Assembly: GCF_001458695.1 (NCBI RefSeq)
Contig: NZ_LN885086.1
Location: 60,001-92,000 of the forward strand
Length of the DNA: 32,000 nucleotides
Source of the DNA: Candidatus Nitrospira inopinata
GTDB lineage: Bacteria; Nitrospirota; Nitrospiria; Nitrospirales; Nitrospiraceae
Direction of reading: 5' to 3'
The position numbers were made by a program, and so were the translations under genes. The stretch's first letter is position 1, and each line of letters opens with the position of its first letter. Below the pieces are notes generated by a model. That model was not told the DNA's origin. It ran no database searches and saw only the letters and a list, made by a program, of their open reading frames with translations. Of the stretch, positions 8,425 through 17,361 are shown piece after piece.

Positions 8425-8976
8425 CTACGAAAGCCCGGAGCGTCGATCTCGGATCAGCCGCTCGACCGGATAGCCCAATTCTTTGGCGCGTTGCACGAGT
8501 GTGTCGTAGCTCTCGCGGTCAAGCCGAGGCGCACGGGCAAGGATCCAGAGATATCGCCGATCCGGCGTGCCCACCAAGACCGTGCGGTACTCCGGATCGA
8601 GGTCGAGAATCCAGTAATTCCCCTCTCTGGACGATCCGAACAAACGAGCGAACCAATTGTCGAATACCACCGCAAGTCGCGCGTTGGTCTTCGCATCGAC
8701 CACGGTCGCGACCCCATCGGCCATAGCCGTACCGCCGTCACCGGTCACACATTCATTATGCACGCCGATCCGTCCATCCGACCGGACCGTGTAGACCGCT
8801 TTTGAATCCACGCAATGGCGCTGGAACCACATCGGCAACCGCGCGATCTCATACCAAGTCCCGGCATAGCGATTGAGATCAACCCGCGTCACCGTTGGCA
8901 GATCCCCTCTCGACTCCATCCCCGCGCAGCCGCCGAGCAACCAGCCCGACAACACGACGATCAACCATCTTTTCAC
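8425..8976 (-). CDS. blc: Outer-membrane lipoprotein Blc (bacterial lipocalin)
   Basis: 183 aa with a GTG start, preceded by GGGAG. Lipobox LLGGC, then lipocalin signatures (VDLNRYAGTWYEIARLP, YWILDLDPEYRTVLVGTPDRRYLWILARAP). Confidence 0.9.
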   Translation of the reverse strand: MKRWLIVVLSGWLLGGCAGMESRGDLPTVTRVDLNRYAGTWYEIARLPMWFQRHCVDSKAVYTVRSDGRIGVHNECVTGDGGTAMADGVATVVDAKTNARLAVVFDNWFARLFGSSREGNYWILDLDPEYRTVLVGTPDRRYLWILARAPRLDRESYDTLVQRAKELGYPVERLIRDRRSGLS

Positions 8977-9032
8977 GTCAGATTTCTCCCGATAATAGAT
9001 GATACTTCAATTCCCAAAGAAATTTTCGGCTG

Positions 9033-9407
9033 TTACATGGCCCCGAAAGGATGATCGATGACAAAGCGCCACGAGCCGTCCTGCTGTTTCCTTGCCACCT
9101 CGATGCTTTGGCCCTTCATGGTGACCGATGTGCCATCCGAGGCCGAACTTTCAAGGTTCCAGGAACCTCGCAGGAGGGCGATACCGTCGGCCTCGATCAC
9201 CTACACAGTGTCGATGGCCATCTTTCCTTTCATGCCGATAAGGGCATGAAAGGAAGTCCGCAGTTGTTCTGCGCCCGTCTGGGTCTCCCCCTCTGGTGTA
9301 GCCAGAGCCGCGCCCGGATCATATAAAGCCACAAGCGCATCGAGGTCGCCGTTGGTGAAGGCAGTGACAAAGAGGGAATGGAGCATCTGTGGCGTGGTCG
9401 CGGGCAT
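9033..9407 (-). pseudogene. SnoaL-like / DUF4440 (NTF2-fold) protein gene interrupted by a single in-frame TAG
   Basis: ATG at 9407, with AAAGGG 6 nt upstream. 68 codons follow (MPATTPQMLHSLFVTAFTNGDLDALVALYDPGAALATPEGETQTGAEQLRTSFHALIGMKGKMAIDTV), then TAG at 9203..9201. The same frame continues for 55 more codons (VIEADGIALLRGSWNLESSASDGTSVTMKGQSIEVARKQQDGSWRFVIDHPFGAM) to TAA at 9035..9033. Both halves together form one typical NTF2-like domain of about 124 aa. I verified the frame codon by codon. Confidence 0.75.
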
Positions 9408-9597
9408 GAACAACCCTTTCGTATGATTTTCCGTTCCGTGGACGGCCGCATCTTACGCGAGCCGGCACGGAATCTCCAACTCGAAGACATAACGATCGCT
9501 CGGAACTGCGATGGAAAGATTCCGATCGACACTTCGACGTGAGCATCGGACGACAAAACGCCGCAACGGGAAGCGATTTCATGCCTGGGCACCTCCG

Positions 9598-10677
9598 TCA
9601 CTGCAACGAGTCCGGCGGGGTTTTGAGCAGTTTCGCGAAGCGGTTCTTGTCGATGGCTTTTTCGTAGGCTTCCTCCGGCGAAATCCACTTTTTATTGAGC
9701 AGGTCCTGAATCGCATCGTCCAAGGTCTGCATGCCCATCGCCTTGCCCGTTTGCATGACGGACGCGATCTGAAAGGTCTTGGCGTCTCGGATTAAGTTCG
9801 CGACGGCCGAAGTGCAGACCAGAATTTCAAGCGCCGCGCAACGCCCCTTTTGGTCAGCGCGCTTGAAGAGATTCTGGGCCACGACCACCCGCAGCGCCGT
9901 GGACAACGTGTTGCGGATCTGCGCTTGTTCCTGATGGGGAAACACTTCGATGACGCGATCGACGGTTTTCGCCGCATTTTCGGTGTGCAGCGTCCCGAAC
10001 ACCAGATGCCCCGTGGCCGCCGCCTCCACGGCCAGACGAATGGTTTCCATGTCGCGCATTTCGCCGACGAGGATGATGTCCGGATCCTCCCGCAACGCGC
10101 CTCGCAACGCGGAAGCGAACGATTGCGTGTGAACGCCGACTTCCCGATGGTTCACGACGCACCCTTGACTCCGGTGCACGAACTCGATCGGGTCCTCAAT
10201 GGTCAAAATATGATCTTTCCGATGCTTGTTCGCGTAGTCGATCATCGCGGCGAGCGTCGTCGACTTGCCGCTTCCGGTCGGCCCCGTCACCAACACCAAG
10301 CCCTTTTTGAGCATCGCCGCCTTGGTCAAGATGGACGGCAGCCCCAGTTCCTCCGCCGTCAGCACCTGGTTGGGGATTTTTCGAAAGACCGCGGCGCATC
10401 CGTACTTTTGGTTGAACAAATTGGCTCTGAACCGGGCCAGACCCTGTATTTCGTAGCCGAAATCGACGTCCCCGGTCGCCTCGAACTGACTTTTCTTCGG
10501 AGCCGGGGTGATCTCATAAAGCAACTGTTTTAACCCCTCATGGTCAAGCGGGCCCTGAGTCGTCACCCGCTCCAAATCGCCGCTGATCCGCAAGATCGGC
10601 GCCTGTCCGGCGACCAGATGCAGATCGGACGCGCCCCGATCAACCATCATGTGAAAGTACTCGTCGATTTTAGCCAT
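9598..10677 (-). CDS. pilT: Type IV pilus retraction (twitching motility) ATPase PilT
   Basis: 359 aa. N-terminal GASDLHL, Walker A GPTGSGKST, Asp box/Walker B ILVGEMRD, His box GHLVFGTLHT and the PilT-type AIRNLIR-like motif (AVANLIRDAKTFQI). Confidence 0.9.
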   Translation of the reverse strand: MAKIDEYFHMMVDRGASDLHLVAGQAPILRISGDLERVTTQGPLDHEGLKQLLYEITPAPKKSQFEATGDVDFGYEIQGLARFRANLFNQKYGCAAVFRKIPNQVLTAEELGLPSILTKAAMLKKGLVLVTGPTGSGKSTTLAAMIDYANKHRKDHILTIEDPIEFVHRSQGCVVNHREVGVHTQSFASALRGALREDPDIILVGEMRDMETIRLAVEAAATGHLVFGTLHTENAAKTVDRVIEVFPHQEQAQIRNTLSTALRVVVAQNLFKRADQKGRCAALEILVCTSAVANLIRDAKTFQIASVMQTGKAMGMQTLDDAIQDLLNKKWISPEEAYEKAIDKNRFAKLLKTPPDSLQ

Positions 10678-10724
10678 AGACTCCTCTCGTCTTTCTGCAA
10701 CCGAGCCGAATTTTCTCCAGAGGA

Positions 10725-10733
10725 AGTATAGCA
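10725..10733 (-). promoter_or_regulatory. Candidate extended -10 promoter element (TGcTATACT) upstream of pilT
   Basis: The minus strand reads cgccTGCTATACTtcc, about 48 nt upstream of the pilT ATG. TTGCGA lies 20 nt upstream, which is too far for a standard -35, so I call this an extended -10. Motif only. Confidence 0.3.
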
Positions 10734-10959
10734 GGCGATCTCCGGCCGACTCGCAACACGCGCCCAGTGACCGGAGCCTCTCCTATCCTTGTTCAGCGTG
10801 GGAATAGACCGGACGATCAGCAGAGTGAGGGTCTTTCGATTCCGGGGTCCGTTTTGGAACGGAACGAGGGCGGATCATCGCTTCTCCGGAACATGATTGC
10901 AGCGATCGGGGGGCGATCGCCGAACGGGGAAGATAAAGGGAGCGGCGTTTTCGAGTCCG

Positions 10960-13296
10960 TCAACCGGCTTCACGGTAGCCGCACGCTTCATTGCGGCATT
11001 GGACGCTCCGCCCGTCTTGCTTGCTGACTTTTTCGACGAGGAACGGGGCGTGGCACGTCGGACAGGCCTTCGGCACCGGTCGATCCCAGATGGCGAATTC
11101 GCAATGGGGGTACCTGCTGCAAGCGAAGAACGATCGTCCCTTCCTGGTTCGTTTTTGCACGAGGTCGCCGCCGCACCCCGGTTGCGGACATTTCACGCCC
11201 AGCGCCAGCGGCTTGGTCGTTTTGCACTGCGGATAGGCGGAGCAGGCGATGAATTTCCCGAACCGCCCGCTCTTGACGATCATCGGACTTCCGCATTTCT
11301 CGCACACCTGGTCCGTCGTGATTTCTTGCTTCGGCACCACCTTGATGGTGCCGTCCGGCAGGCGTTCAAAGTTTTGCGTATTCTTGCAGGGCGGGTCTTC
11401 TTTGTAGCCGGGGCAGGCCAGAAATTTCCCATTCCGCCCCCATTTGATTTCCATCATCCTGCCGCATTTGTCGCAGGGAATGTCCGTGGGCGGCTCGACC
11501 GTATCTTTCGGACCCGGAATCGCCTTCGCCTTCTCCAGATCCGCCGCAAAGGGATTGTAAAAATCGCGCACCGAGTCGACCCACGGTTTATTGCCTTCCT
11601 CTACTTCGTCCAGCTCCGCTTCCAATTGGGAGGTAAATCCGACATCCACGATGTCCGGAAATCCTTTCACCAGAAAATCGTTCACCGTGCGTCCGGTCTC
11701 GGTCGGCCTGAATCGACCTTCGACCTTTTCGACGTACTTGCGCTCTTGAATCGTGGAAATGATGGCGGCGTAGGTCGACGGGCGCCCGATGCCCTTTTCT
11801 TCCAATTCCTTGATCAACAGCGCTTCGTTGTACCGCGGAGGGGGTTGGGTGAAGTGCTGTTTGGACGTCAAGCCCGGCGCGGTTTGGCCTTCTTGGTCAA
11901 CCAGCCGAAGCTGGTCGCCCTCCGAGAGAGCCGGCAACTGGCGCTCGCCGTCGTCTTCCGCCTCCTGATCGCCCTTCGGCCTCTGCGAAGGCGATTCCTT
12001 GTCAATGCCCTCCATATAGACGATGGTGTGGCCCGGAAACTTCACAACCGTTCCGGTGGAACGAAAGACGTACGTATCCGCAGTGCCGACCGGAGACGTG
12101 TCGATTCGCGTCACGTCCAACACCGCCGGCACCATTTGAGAAGCGACGAAGCGATTCCAAATCAGCTTGTACAGGCTGTACTGATCATGGTCGAGGTATT
12201 GTCGGATCGACTCCGGATCTCGCGCGGCCGACGTCGGTCGGATCGCTTCATGAGCCTCTTGCGCGGCCTTCTGGGTTTTATAGACGTTGGGCGCGGCCGG
12301 CAGGTAGTCCGGACCGAACCGAGACCGAATCAGCTCGCGCGCTTCGGCCATGGCTTCGTCGGAAATGCGCGTCGAGTCGGTCCTCATGTAGGTAATCAGG
12401 CCGGTCGGTCCTTCGGCCCCGATCTCGATTCCCTCATAGAGCTGTTGCGCCAGCATCATGGTTTTCTTGGGAGAAAAATGCAGCTTGCGGGCGGCTTCCT
12501 GCTGCAAACGACTCGTGATGAACGGCGCGACCGGATTCCGCTTTTTTTCCCGACGCTCGATCGACCGAACGACGAACGGCTTCCCTTGAATCGCGTTCAC
12601 CACGCGACCGGCCTGCTCGGCATTCTCGATCACCGCCTCTTGGCCGTTGACGCTGTGGAGCTTGGCCTCGAACGGCGGTGGGTTCTCACCGGCCAGCAGC
12701 GCGGTAATCGACCAATATTCTTCGGCCCGAAACGCCTCGCGCTCCGCCTCGCGCTCGCAAATCAACCGCATCGCGACGGATTGCACCCGCCCCATACTGA
12801 GTCCCCGCCTCACTTTGTTCCAGAGCAACTGGCTGCCCTGATAGCCGACGATGCGATCCAACACGCGGCGCGCTTGCTGCGCGTTGACGAGCCGCATGTC
12901 GATTTCGCTCGGAGACTGGATCGCGCGCTTGATCGCCGTTTCGGTGATTTCGTTGAATCGAACGCGAAAGATCTTGCGGCCGCTCTTCTTCGACTTTCCC
13001 AGCAGTTCCTGCTCGATGTGCCAGGCGATGGCTTCGCCCTCCCGATCCGGGTCCGGCGCCAGAAAGATTTTGTCCGCTCGTTCGGCCTTCTTTTTGATTT
13101 CGGCCAGCACCTTCGACTTGCCTTTGATCGTCACGTACTGCGGCGCGAAATCGCGCTCAAGATCCACCCCCAACTTGCTGGTCGGCAAATCTTTGACGTG
13201 ACCGACCGACGCCAGCACCTCATACCCGCGACCGAGATACTTCGTCACCGTTTTCGCTTTAGTCGGTGACTCAACGATGACCAATGACTTCGCCAT
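10960..13296 (-). CDS. topA: DNA topoisomerase I
   Basis: 778 aa. Toprim N-terminus MAKSLVIVESPTKAKT, active-site region GLITYMRTDS, and several C-terminal Cys4 zinc-ribbon repeats (CDKCGRMM...CPG, CEKCGSPM...CSAYPQC, CPQPGCGG...CSRYPHC, CPTCHAP). Confidence 0.95.
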   Translation of the reverse strand: MAKSLVIVESPTKAKTVTKYLGRGYEVLASVGHVKDLPTSKLGVDLERDFAPQYVTIKGKSKVLAEIKKKAERADKIFLAPDPDREGEAIAWHIEQELLGKSKKSGRKIFRVRFNEITETAIKRAIQSPSEIDMRLVNAQQARRVLDRIVGYQGSQLLWNKVRRGLSMGRVQSVAMRLICEREAEREAFRAEEYWSITALLAGENPPPFEAKLHSVNGQEAVIENAEQAGRVVNAIQGKPFVVRSIERREKKRNPVAPFITSRLQQEAARKLHFSPKKTMMLAQQLYEGIEIGAEGPTGLITYMRTDSTRISDEAMAEARELIRSRFGPDYLPAAPNVYKTQKAAQEAHEAIRPTSAARDPESIRQYLDHDQYSLYKLIWNRFVASQMVPAVLDVTRIDTSPVGTADTYVFRSTGTVVKFPGHTIVYMEGIDKESPSQRPKGDQEAEDDGERQLPALSEGDQLRLVDQEGQTAPGLTSKQHFTQPPPRYNEALLIKELEEKGIGRPSTYAAIISTIQERKYVEKVEGRFRPTETGRTVNDFLVKGFPDIVDVGFTSQLEAELDEVEEGNKPWVDSVRDFYNPFAADLEKAKAIPGPKDTVEPPTDIPCDKCGRMMEIKWGRNGKFLACPGYKEDPPCKNTQNFERLPDGTIKVVPKQEITTDQVCEKCGSPMIVKSGRFGKFIACSAYPQCKTTKPLALGVKCPQPGCGGDLVQKRTRKGRSFFACSRYPHCEFAIWDRPVPKACPTCHAPFLVEKVSKQDGRSVQCRNEACGYREAG

Positions 13297-13377
13297 GACG
13301 ACTCCGTTTCCTCCGCTTCATGGTTTCATCCGTATCAAATATCGGTGATTCGTGCAACTAGAAGAACGGATCACGAG

Positions 13378-14499
13378 TCACAACTTGACATACTGTTGAC
13401 CGGGCAACTGGCGCGCGCGTCCCGACAATTCGAGCGCAAGCAGGCTGGCGACGACCGTGGCGGCACGGAGTCCCGTTCGTTCGATGAGCGCATCGACCGA
13501 TTGGGCGTCGGAGGACAGAGCCTCGTAGACGGCGGCATCCTCCCGTCCGAGCGGTTCGCGCGGACTCGCAGACTCGTCGCCAAGCGAGAGGGAAGCCCGC
13601 AAACGCGCGTCAAGTTGAGGGAGAATCTCTTCAAGAACATCTCGCGCGTCCTCGACCAATTTCGCGCCTTCTTTGATCAGACCGTTCGATCCCCGGCACG
13701 CGTCGGTCGTCACCGGACCGGGAACGGCAAAGACGTCGCGCCCCTGCTCCAAGGCCAGCCTCGCCGTGATCAGCGATCCGCTGCCCTTCGCGGCCTCGCT
13801 CACCAGCACGCCGAGCGACAATCCGCTGATGATTCGATTTCGCCGCGGAAAGTGATGATTAAGCGGAGACGCCCCGATCGGCAATTCGGACATCACGGCC
13901 CCCCCGGCCTCTTCGATGCCGCGCCGCAACGCCCGGTGTTCAGACGGATACGTGCGATCGATGCCGCACCCCAAAACGGCGATCGTGCGGCCCTTGCCGG
14001 CCAGCGCACCCCGATGCGCCGCCGCGTCGATGCCCCGCGCCAGTCCGCTCACGATCGTGATTCCTCTCTCGGCCAGTTCTCTGGCGATCCGTTCCGTGAC
14101 GACCTGCCCCGACGGCGTCGCCCGCCGGCCTCCGACGATCGCCACCGCGACGTCCGCGGACATCGGCCACGTCCCGCTCACGTACAGCAACGGCGGGGGA
14201 TCGGGAATGGCCCTGAGCCTCGCGGGGTACGTCGGATCGAAGAACGTGCAGACCTGAACGTTCAACCGTTCGACGATCGCCAGCCGACGCTCGATTTCCC
14301 GCATCACATCGGGCGGAGGTCTTCGCCGAACGGACTCGGCCAACTCGGCGCTGAAACCGGCTTCGATCAAACGCTCGGCAGCAGCCGTCAACGCCGCGTT
14401 CGGCGAGCCGAACGATTGAATCAGCTTGATCAGGGTTCGATCCCCAACCCCCTCGACCGCTTGCAGGGTCAACCATGCGGCCAATGACGCTTGATCCAT
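13378..14499 (-). CDS. dprA: DNA-processing protein DprA (Smf)
   Basis: Start taken at ATG 14499 (MDQASLAAWLTLQAVEGVGDRTLIKLIQSFGSP...), 373 aa. The Rossmann-like DprA core is present (VAIVGGRRATPSGQ, SGLARGIDAAAHRGAL, TIAVLGCGID, FPRRNRIISGLS). The longer track ORF extends into the rng 3' end. dprA-topA adjacency is a common conserved pairing. Confidence 0.85.
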   Translation of the reverse strand: MDQASLAAWLTLQAVEGVGDRTLIKLIQSFGSPNAALTAAAERLIEAGFSAELAESVRRRPPPDVMREIERRLAIVERLNVQVCTFFDPTYPARLRAIPDPPPLLYVSGTWPMSADVAVAIVGGRRATPSGQVVTERIARELAERGITIVSGLARGIDAAAHRGALAGKGRTIAVLGCGIDRTYPSEHRALRRGIEEAGGAVMSELPIGASPLNHHFPRRNRIISGLSLGVLVSEAAKGSGSLITARLALEQGRDVFAVPGPVTTDACRGSNGLIKEGAKLVEDARDVLEEILPQLDARLRASLSLGDESASPREPLGREDAAVYEALSSDAQSVDALIERTGLRAATVVASLLALELSGRARQLPGQQYVKL

Positions 14500-14596
14500 C
14501 GGACGTACCGGGGAAAATCCGCCGTCGTTTCGGCAACCATCCCGACGACCGTCGCTCCGGGAAGGCCGAATCGTTTGCGATGCGCGCCGCGCGGGG

Positions 14597-16105
14597 TTAC
14601 AGCACGACCAAATCGTATTGTTCCAGATGCAACTGGCCGTCCGGGACAACGACGATTTTGATTCCCCGCTCCTGCTCCAGAGCCTCTACTCCGGCGCGCT
14701 CCTCGTCTTGCAGCAATTCGGCCACCGTGGGATGGGCTCCGATGACGATGCGCCGTTGATCGGGGGACGGTTCGATCCGTCGGATCTCCCGGAAGACTTC
14801 ATAGACCACCGTCGTGGGAGACTTCGTATATCCGCGGCCGTCGCAATAGCGGCAGGGCTCGGAAAGCGACCGCAGCAAGTCCTCGCGGACGCGTTCCCGC
14901 GAGATTTCAATCAGGCCGAGATCCGAGATGCGGGAGATTCTCGTCCTCGCCTTGTCGGACGCCATGGCGTCCACCAGCGCGTGATAGACCTTCTCGCGAT
15001 TCTTCTCACGCTCCATGTCGATGAAATCGACGATGATGATGCCGCCGATCCCGCGCAGTTTGAGCTGATAGGCCACTTCCTTGGCGGCTTCCAGGTTGTT
15101 GCGGAGAATCGTCTCTTCCTGGTCCCGTTTTCCGACGAACCGACCCGTGTTGACGTCGATGACCGTCATCGCCTCCGTGTGATCGATCACGAGGTATCCG
15201 CCGGATTTCAGCCAAACTTTTCGACTCATCGCCCGGGTGATTTCCTGTTCGACGCCCAAGTGATCGAACAGCGGCTCTTCCTTGTCGTAGAAGTGAATCC
15301 GAGAGGTTTGTTCCGGGGAAAACCGTTGGACGAAATTACGGATGGCGTCGTACTCCTCGCGGGAATCGATCCAGAGCTTGTCCACTTTCTTGCCGAAGAG
15401 ATCCCTCACGACGCGAAAGCTGAGGCTTAAGTCGCTGTGCAGCAAGGCCGGCGCGTCCAACCGCTCCCGCTTGGTCAACACGTCCTGCCAAAGGACATGA
15501 AGAAACTCGACGTCCGAACGCAGCTCATCTTCTTTGACGCCTTCGCTGACCGTGCGCACGATGTACCCGCAGCCGGGGCGGCGGACTCGGCGCATGACGT
15601 CCTTCAATCTCGACCGCTCCTCTTCCCGCGCGATGCGGCGTGACACCCCGATGTGCTCCACATTCGGCATGAACACAAGGTAGCGGCCCGGAAGCGACAC
15701 GTACGTCGTCACCCTCGATCCCTTGGTGCCGATCGGCCCCTTGGAAATCTGAACCATCACCTCCTGGCCTTCGCTCAGCAACTCTTCGATGGGTTTCGCG
15801 CTCTGGCGCTTGGGCCTGAGCACCTCGGCGTCTTTCTCATCTTCCTCCGCTTCGACCACCATGTCCGCAGGCTCCGCGTCCAGCGACAAGTCGGACACGT
15901 GCATGAAGGCGGCCTTCTCAAGACCGATATCGACGAACGCCGCCTGCATACCGGGCAACACTTTGACCACGCGCCCTTTATAAATGTTTCCCACAAAGTC
16001 TTTATGCTTCGCGCGATCGCCGAACAGATCGGTGACCACGCCGTTGTCAAGAACCGCCACGCGGGTTTCCTCCCGCGTCACGTTAATGGCAATCTCAGTT
16101 CCCAT
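14597..16105 (-). CDS. rng: Ribonuclease G (Rne/Rng family, CafA)
   Basis: 502 aa, with AAGGAG upstream. S1 domain (GNIYKGRVVKVLPGMQAAFVDIG) and RNase E/G catalytic core (GGYLVIDHTEAMTVIDVNTG, GGIIIVDFIDM). Sits downstream of the mre/mrd cluster, as in many bacteria. Confidence 0.9.
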   Translation of the reverse strand: MGTEIAINVTREETRVAVLDNGVVTDLFGDRAKHKDFVGNIYKGRVVKVLPGMQAAFVDIGLEKAAFMHVSDLSLDAEPADMVVEAEEDEKDAEVLRPKRQSAKPIEELLSEGQEVMVQISKGPIGTKGSRVTTYVSLPGRYLVFMPNVEHIGVSRRIAREEERSRLKDVMRRVRRPGCGYIVRTVSEGVKEDELRSDVEFLHVLWQDVLTKRERLDAPALLHSDLSLSFRVVRDLFGKKVDKLWIDSREEYDAIRNFVQRFSPEQTSRIHFYDKEEPLFDHLGVEQEITRAMSRKVWLKSGGYLVIDHTEAMTVIDVNTGRFVGKRDQEETILRNNLEAAKEVAYQLKLRGIGGIIIVDFIDMEREKNREKVYHALVDAMASDKARTRISRISDLGLIEISRERVREDLLRSLSEPCRYCDGRGYTKSPTTVVYEVFREIRRIEPSPDQRRIVIGAHPTVAELLQDEERAGVEALEQERGIKIVVVPDGQLHLEQYDLVVL

Positions 16106-16239
16106 GCATACTCCTTAGAAATCGAAGGCTCCGGCGCGCGAGACAAAGCCGACGAGGGCTGCGCCCGATCAGCCGGCACCATGCTCGGCGCGATCGGCCG
16201 GCCTTCTTGAAGATTCATCGTTTGTGTCTTCATCAAAAA

Positions 16240-17361
16240 TCAGTAGAACAGACTCAACCGCCTCCGTTTCACGTTCAACAAAAGCCCCAGCGACGCCATG
16301 GACATGATCGTGGCGCTGCCGCCGTAACTCACCAACGGCAAGGGAATCCCCACGATCGGAAACATGCCCGCCGTCATCCCGATGTTGACCACGATGCAGA
16401 AGCACAGCATCGAGACGATTCCCACCGCCAACAACGCGCCGAGCTGGTCCTTTGCCTTGGACGCGATATCCAGCGAAAGCCAAATCAACGATACAAACAA
16501 CATCAGAAGAACGAGCACTCCGACGAACCCCCACTCTTCCGCGTACACCGCGAACACGAAGTCCGTGTGCCCCTCCGGCAAAAATTTCAGTTGGCTTTGC
16601 GTGCCGCCGAACAACCCTTTTCCCATCAACTCGCCGGATCCGATCGCAATTCTCGATTGCAACGCATGATACCCCTTGCCGCTCGGATCGTAACTCGGAT
16701 CGACGAACGCCATGATGCGCTGTCGCTGATAATCATGCAACGCTCCCCAGACGCCTTCCCACACGAAGGGAAACAACATCACTGAGAACAGCATCGCGAT
16801 GCCAAGGGTCTGGGATCGAACGCCGACCATCAGCAACATCGCCGCGTAGACCGCGACAAAACTCAACCCGCTTCCCAAGTCCGGCTGCTTCAGAATCAAG
16901 AGCAGCCCCGGCAACATCAGAAGTCCGGGCACAATCACACGCTGCAACCAGCCGACGCGGGGCGCTTTCGAATAATACTGAGCCAAGACCAGAATGAGGA
17001 CGAGTTTGGCGAACTCCGACGGCTGAAAGCTGAAGGGTCCAAGGGCGATCCACCGTTGCGCGCCCTTGCTCGTCCGCCCCTCAAAAAGGACAAACACGAG
17101 CAGAAACAAGACGACGGCGTACGCGGGATACGCCAAACGGGCGATGGTGTGATAATCCCATACCCACATGACGATGAACGCCAGAGTACCGACGCCGATC
17201 CATGCCACCTGCTTCAAGTAATACGGCGCGATGCCGCCCTCTTGATCGTGAGTGACGCTATGAATGGAAAGCAGGCCGATTCCCAAAATGGCCGCGATCA
17301 GCCCGATATAGCGGAGATCAAAGGTGTCAAAGCCTCGCGCTTCCGTCACGCGATCGATCAT
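16240..17361 (-). CDS. rodA: Rod shape-determining SEDS glycosyltransferase RodA (MrdB)
   Basis: 373-aa polytopic membrane protein of the FtsW/RodA family (QPSEFAKL, PEGHTDFVFA, GMFPIVGIPLPLVSYGGS). Its ATG overlaps the mrdA stop (ATGA at 17358..17361). Confidence 0.9.
   Translation of the reverse strand: MIDRVTEARGFDTFDLRYIGLIAAILGIGLLSIHSVTHDQEGGIAPYYLKQVAWIGVGTLAFIVMWVWDYHTIARLAYPAYAVVLFLLVFVLFEGRTSKGAQRWIALGPFSFQPSEFAKLVLILVLAQYYSKAPRVGWLQRVIVPGLLMLPGLLLILKQPDLGSGLSFVAVYAAMLLMVGVRSQTLGIAMLFSVMLFPFVWEGVWGALHDYQRQRIMAFVDPSYDPSGKGYHALQSRIAIGSGELMGKGLFGGTQSQLKFLPEGHTDFVFAVYAEEWGFVGVLVLLMLFVSLIWLSLDIASKAKDQLGALLAVGIVSMLCFCIVVNIGMTAGMFPIVGIPLPLVSYGGSATIMSMASLGLLLNVKRRRLSLFY

Noticed and set aside
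7797-8976. DUF1269 plus lipocalin as a possible two-gene stress or toxin-antitoxin-like module
   Set aside because: The genes are convergent, not co-transcribed. Both belong to common housekeeping or stress families, and no partner genes or regulatory link are visible.
9201-9203. The in-frame TAG as a programmed recoding event (pyrrolysine or readthrough)
   Set aside because: There are no pyl genes or recoding signals nearby. The protein family is not known to be recoded. A simple nonsense mutation or a sequence error is far more likely.
9230-9688. 152-aa minus-strand ORF overlapping the SnoaL-like gene and the pilT-proximal spacer
   Set aside because: It is out of frame with the recognisable NTF2-like sequence and has a low-complexity, Arg/Ser-rich translation. 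It spans an otherwise non-coding spacer and has no SD.
10678-10959. Small ORFs in the topA-pilT spacer: a 25-aa MFRRSDDPPSFRSKTDPGIERPSLC, and a 29-aa basic peptide ending at the pilT start
   Set aside because: Neither has a convincing SD at proper spacing or any recognisable features. They are too short to support from sequence alone.
10897-13269. 790-aa uninterrupted ORF on the plus strand, the longest ORF in the window
   Set aside because: It lies exactly antisense to topA, whose product has unmistakable Toprim, active-site and zinc-ribbon motifs. The antisense translation is Arg/Leu/Gly-rich low complexity with no recognisable domain. This is a typical shadow ORF of a GC-rich gene.
14425-14450. 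tRNA-like T-arm string GGTTCGATCCCC
   Set aside because: It lies inside the dprA coding frame, and only about 3 bp of T-stem can be drawn. No acceptor, D or anticodon arms could be built around it.
13345-14487. 380-aa plus-strand ORF; similar long plus-strand ORFs occur at 19798-20649, 20904-21707, 23266-24486, 24546-25553, 25993-27135 and 30008-31141
   Set aside because: Each is antisense to a well-supported minus-strand gene (dprA, mreC, mreB, queA, SpoIID, asd, leuA) and is Arg-rich low complexity. I take them as GC-rich shadow frames, not overlapping genes.
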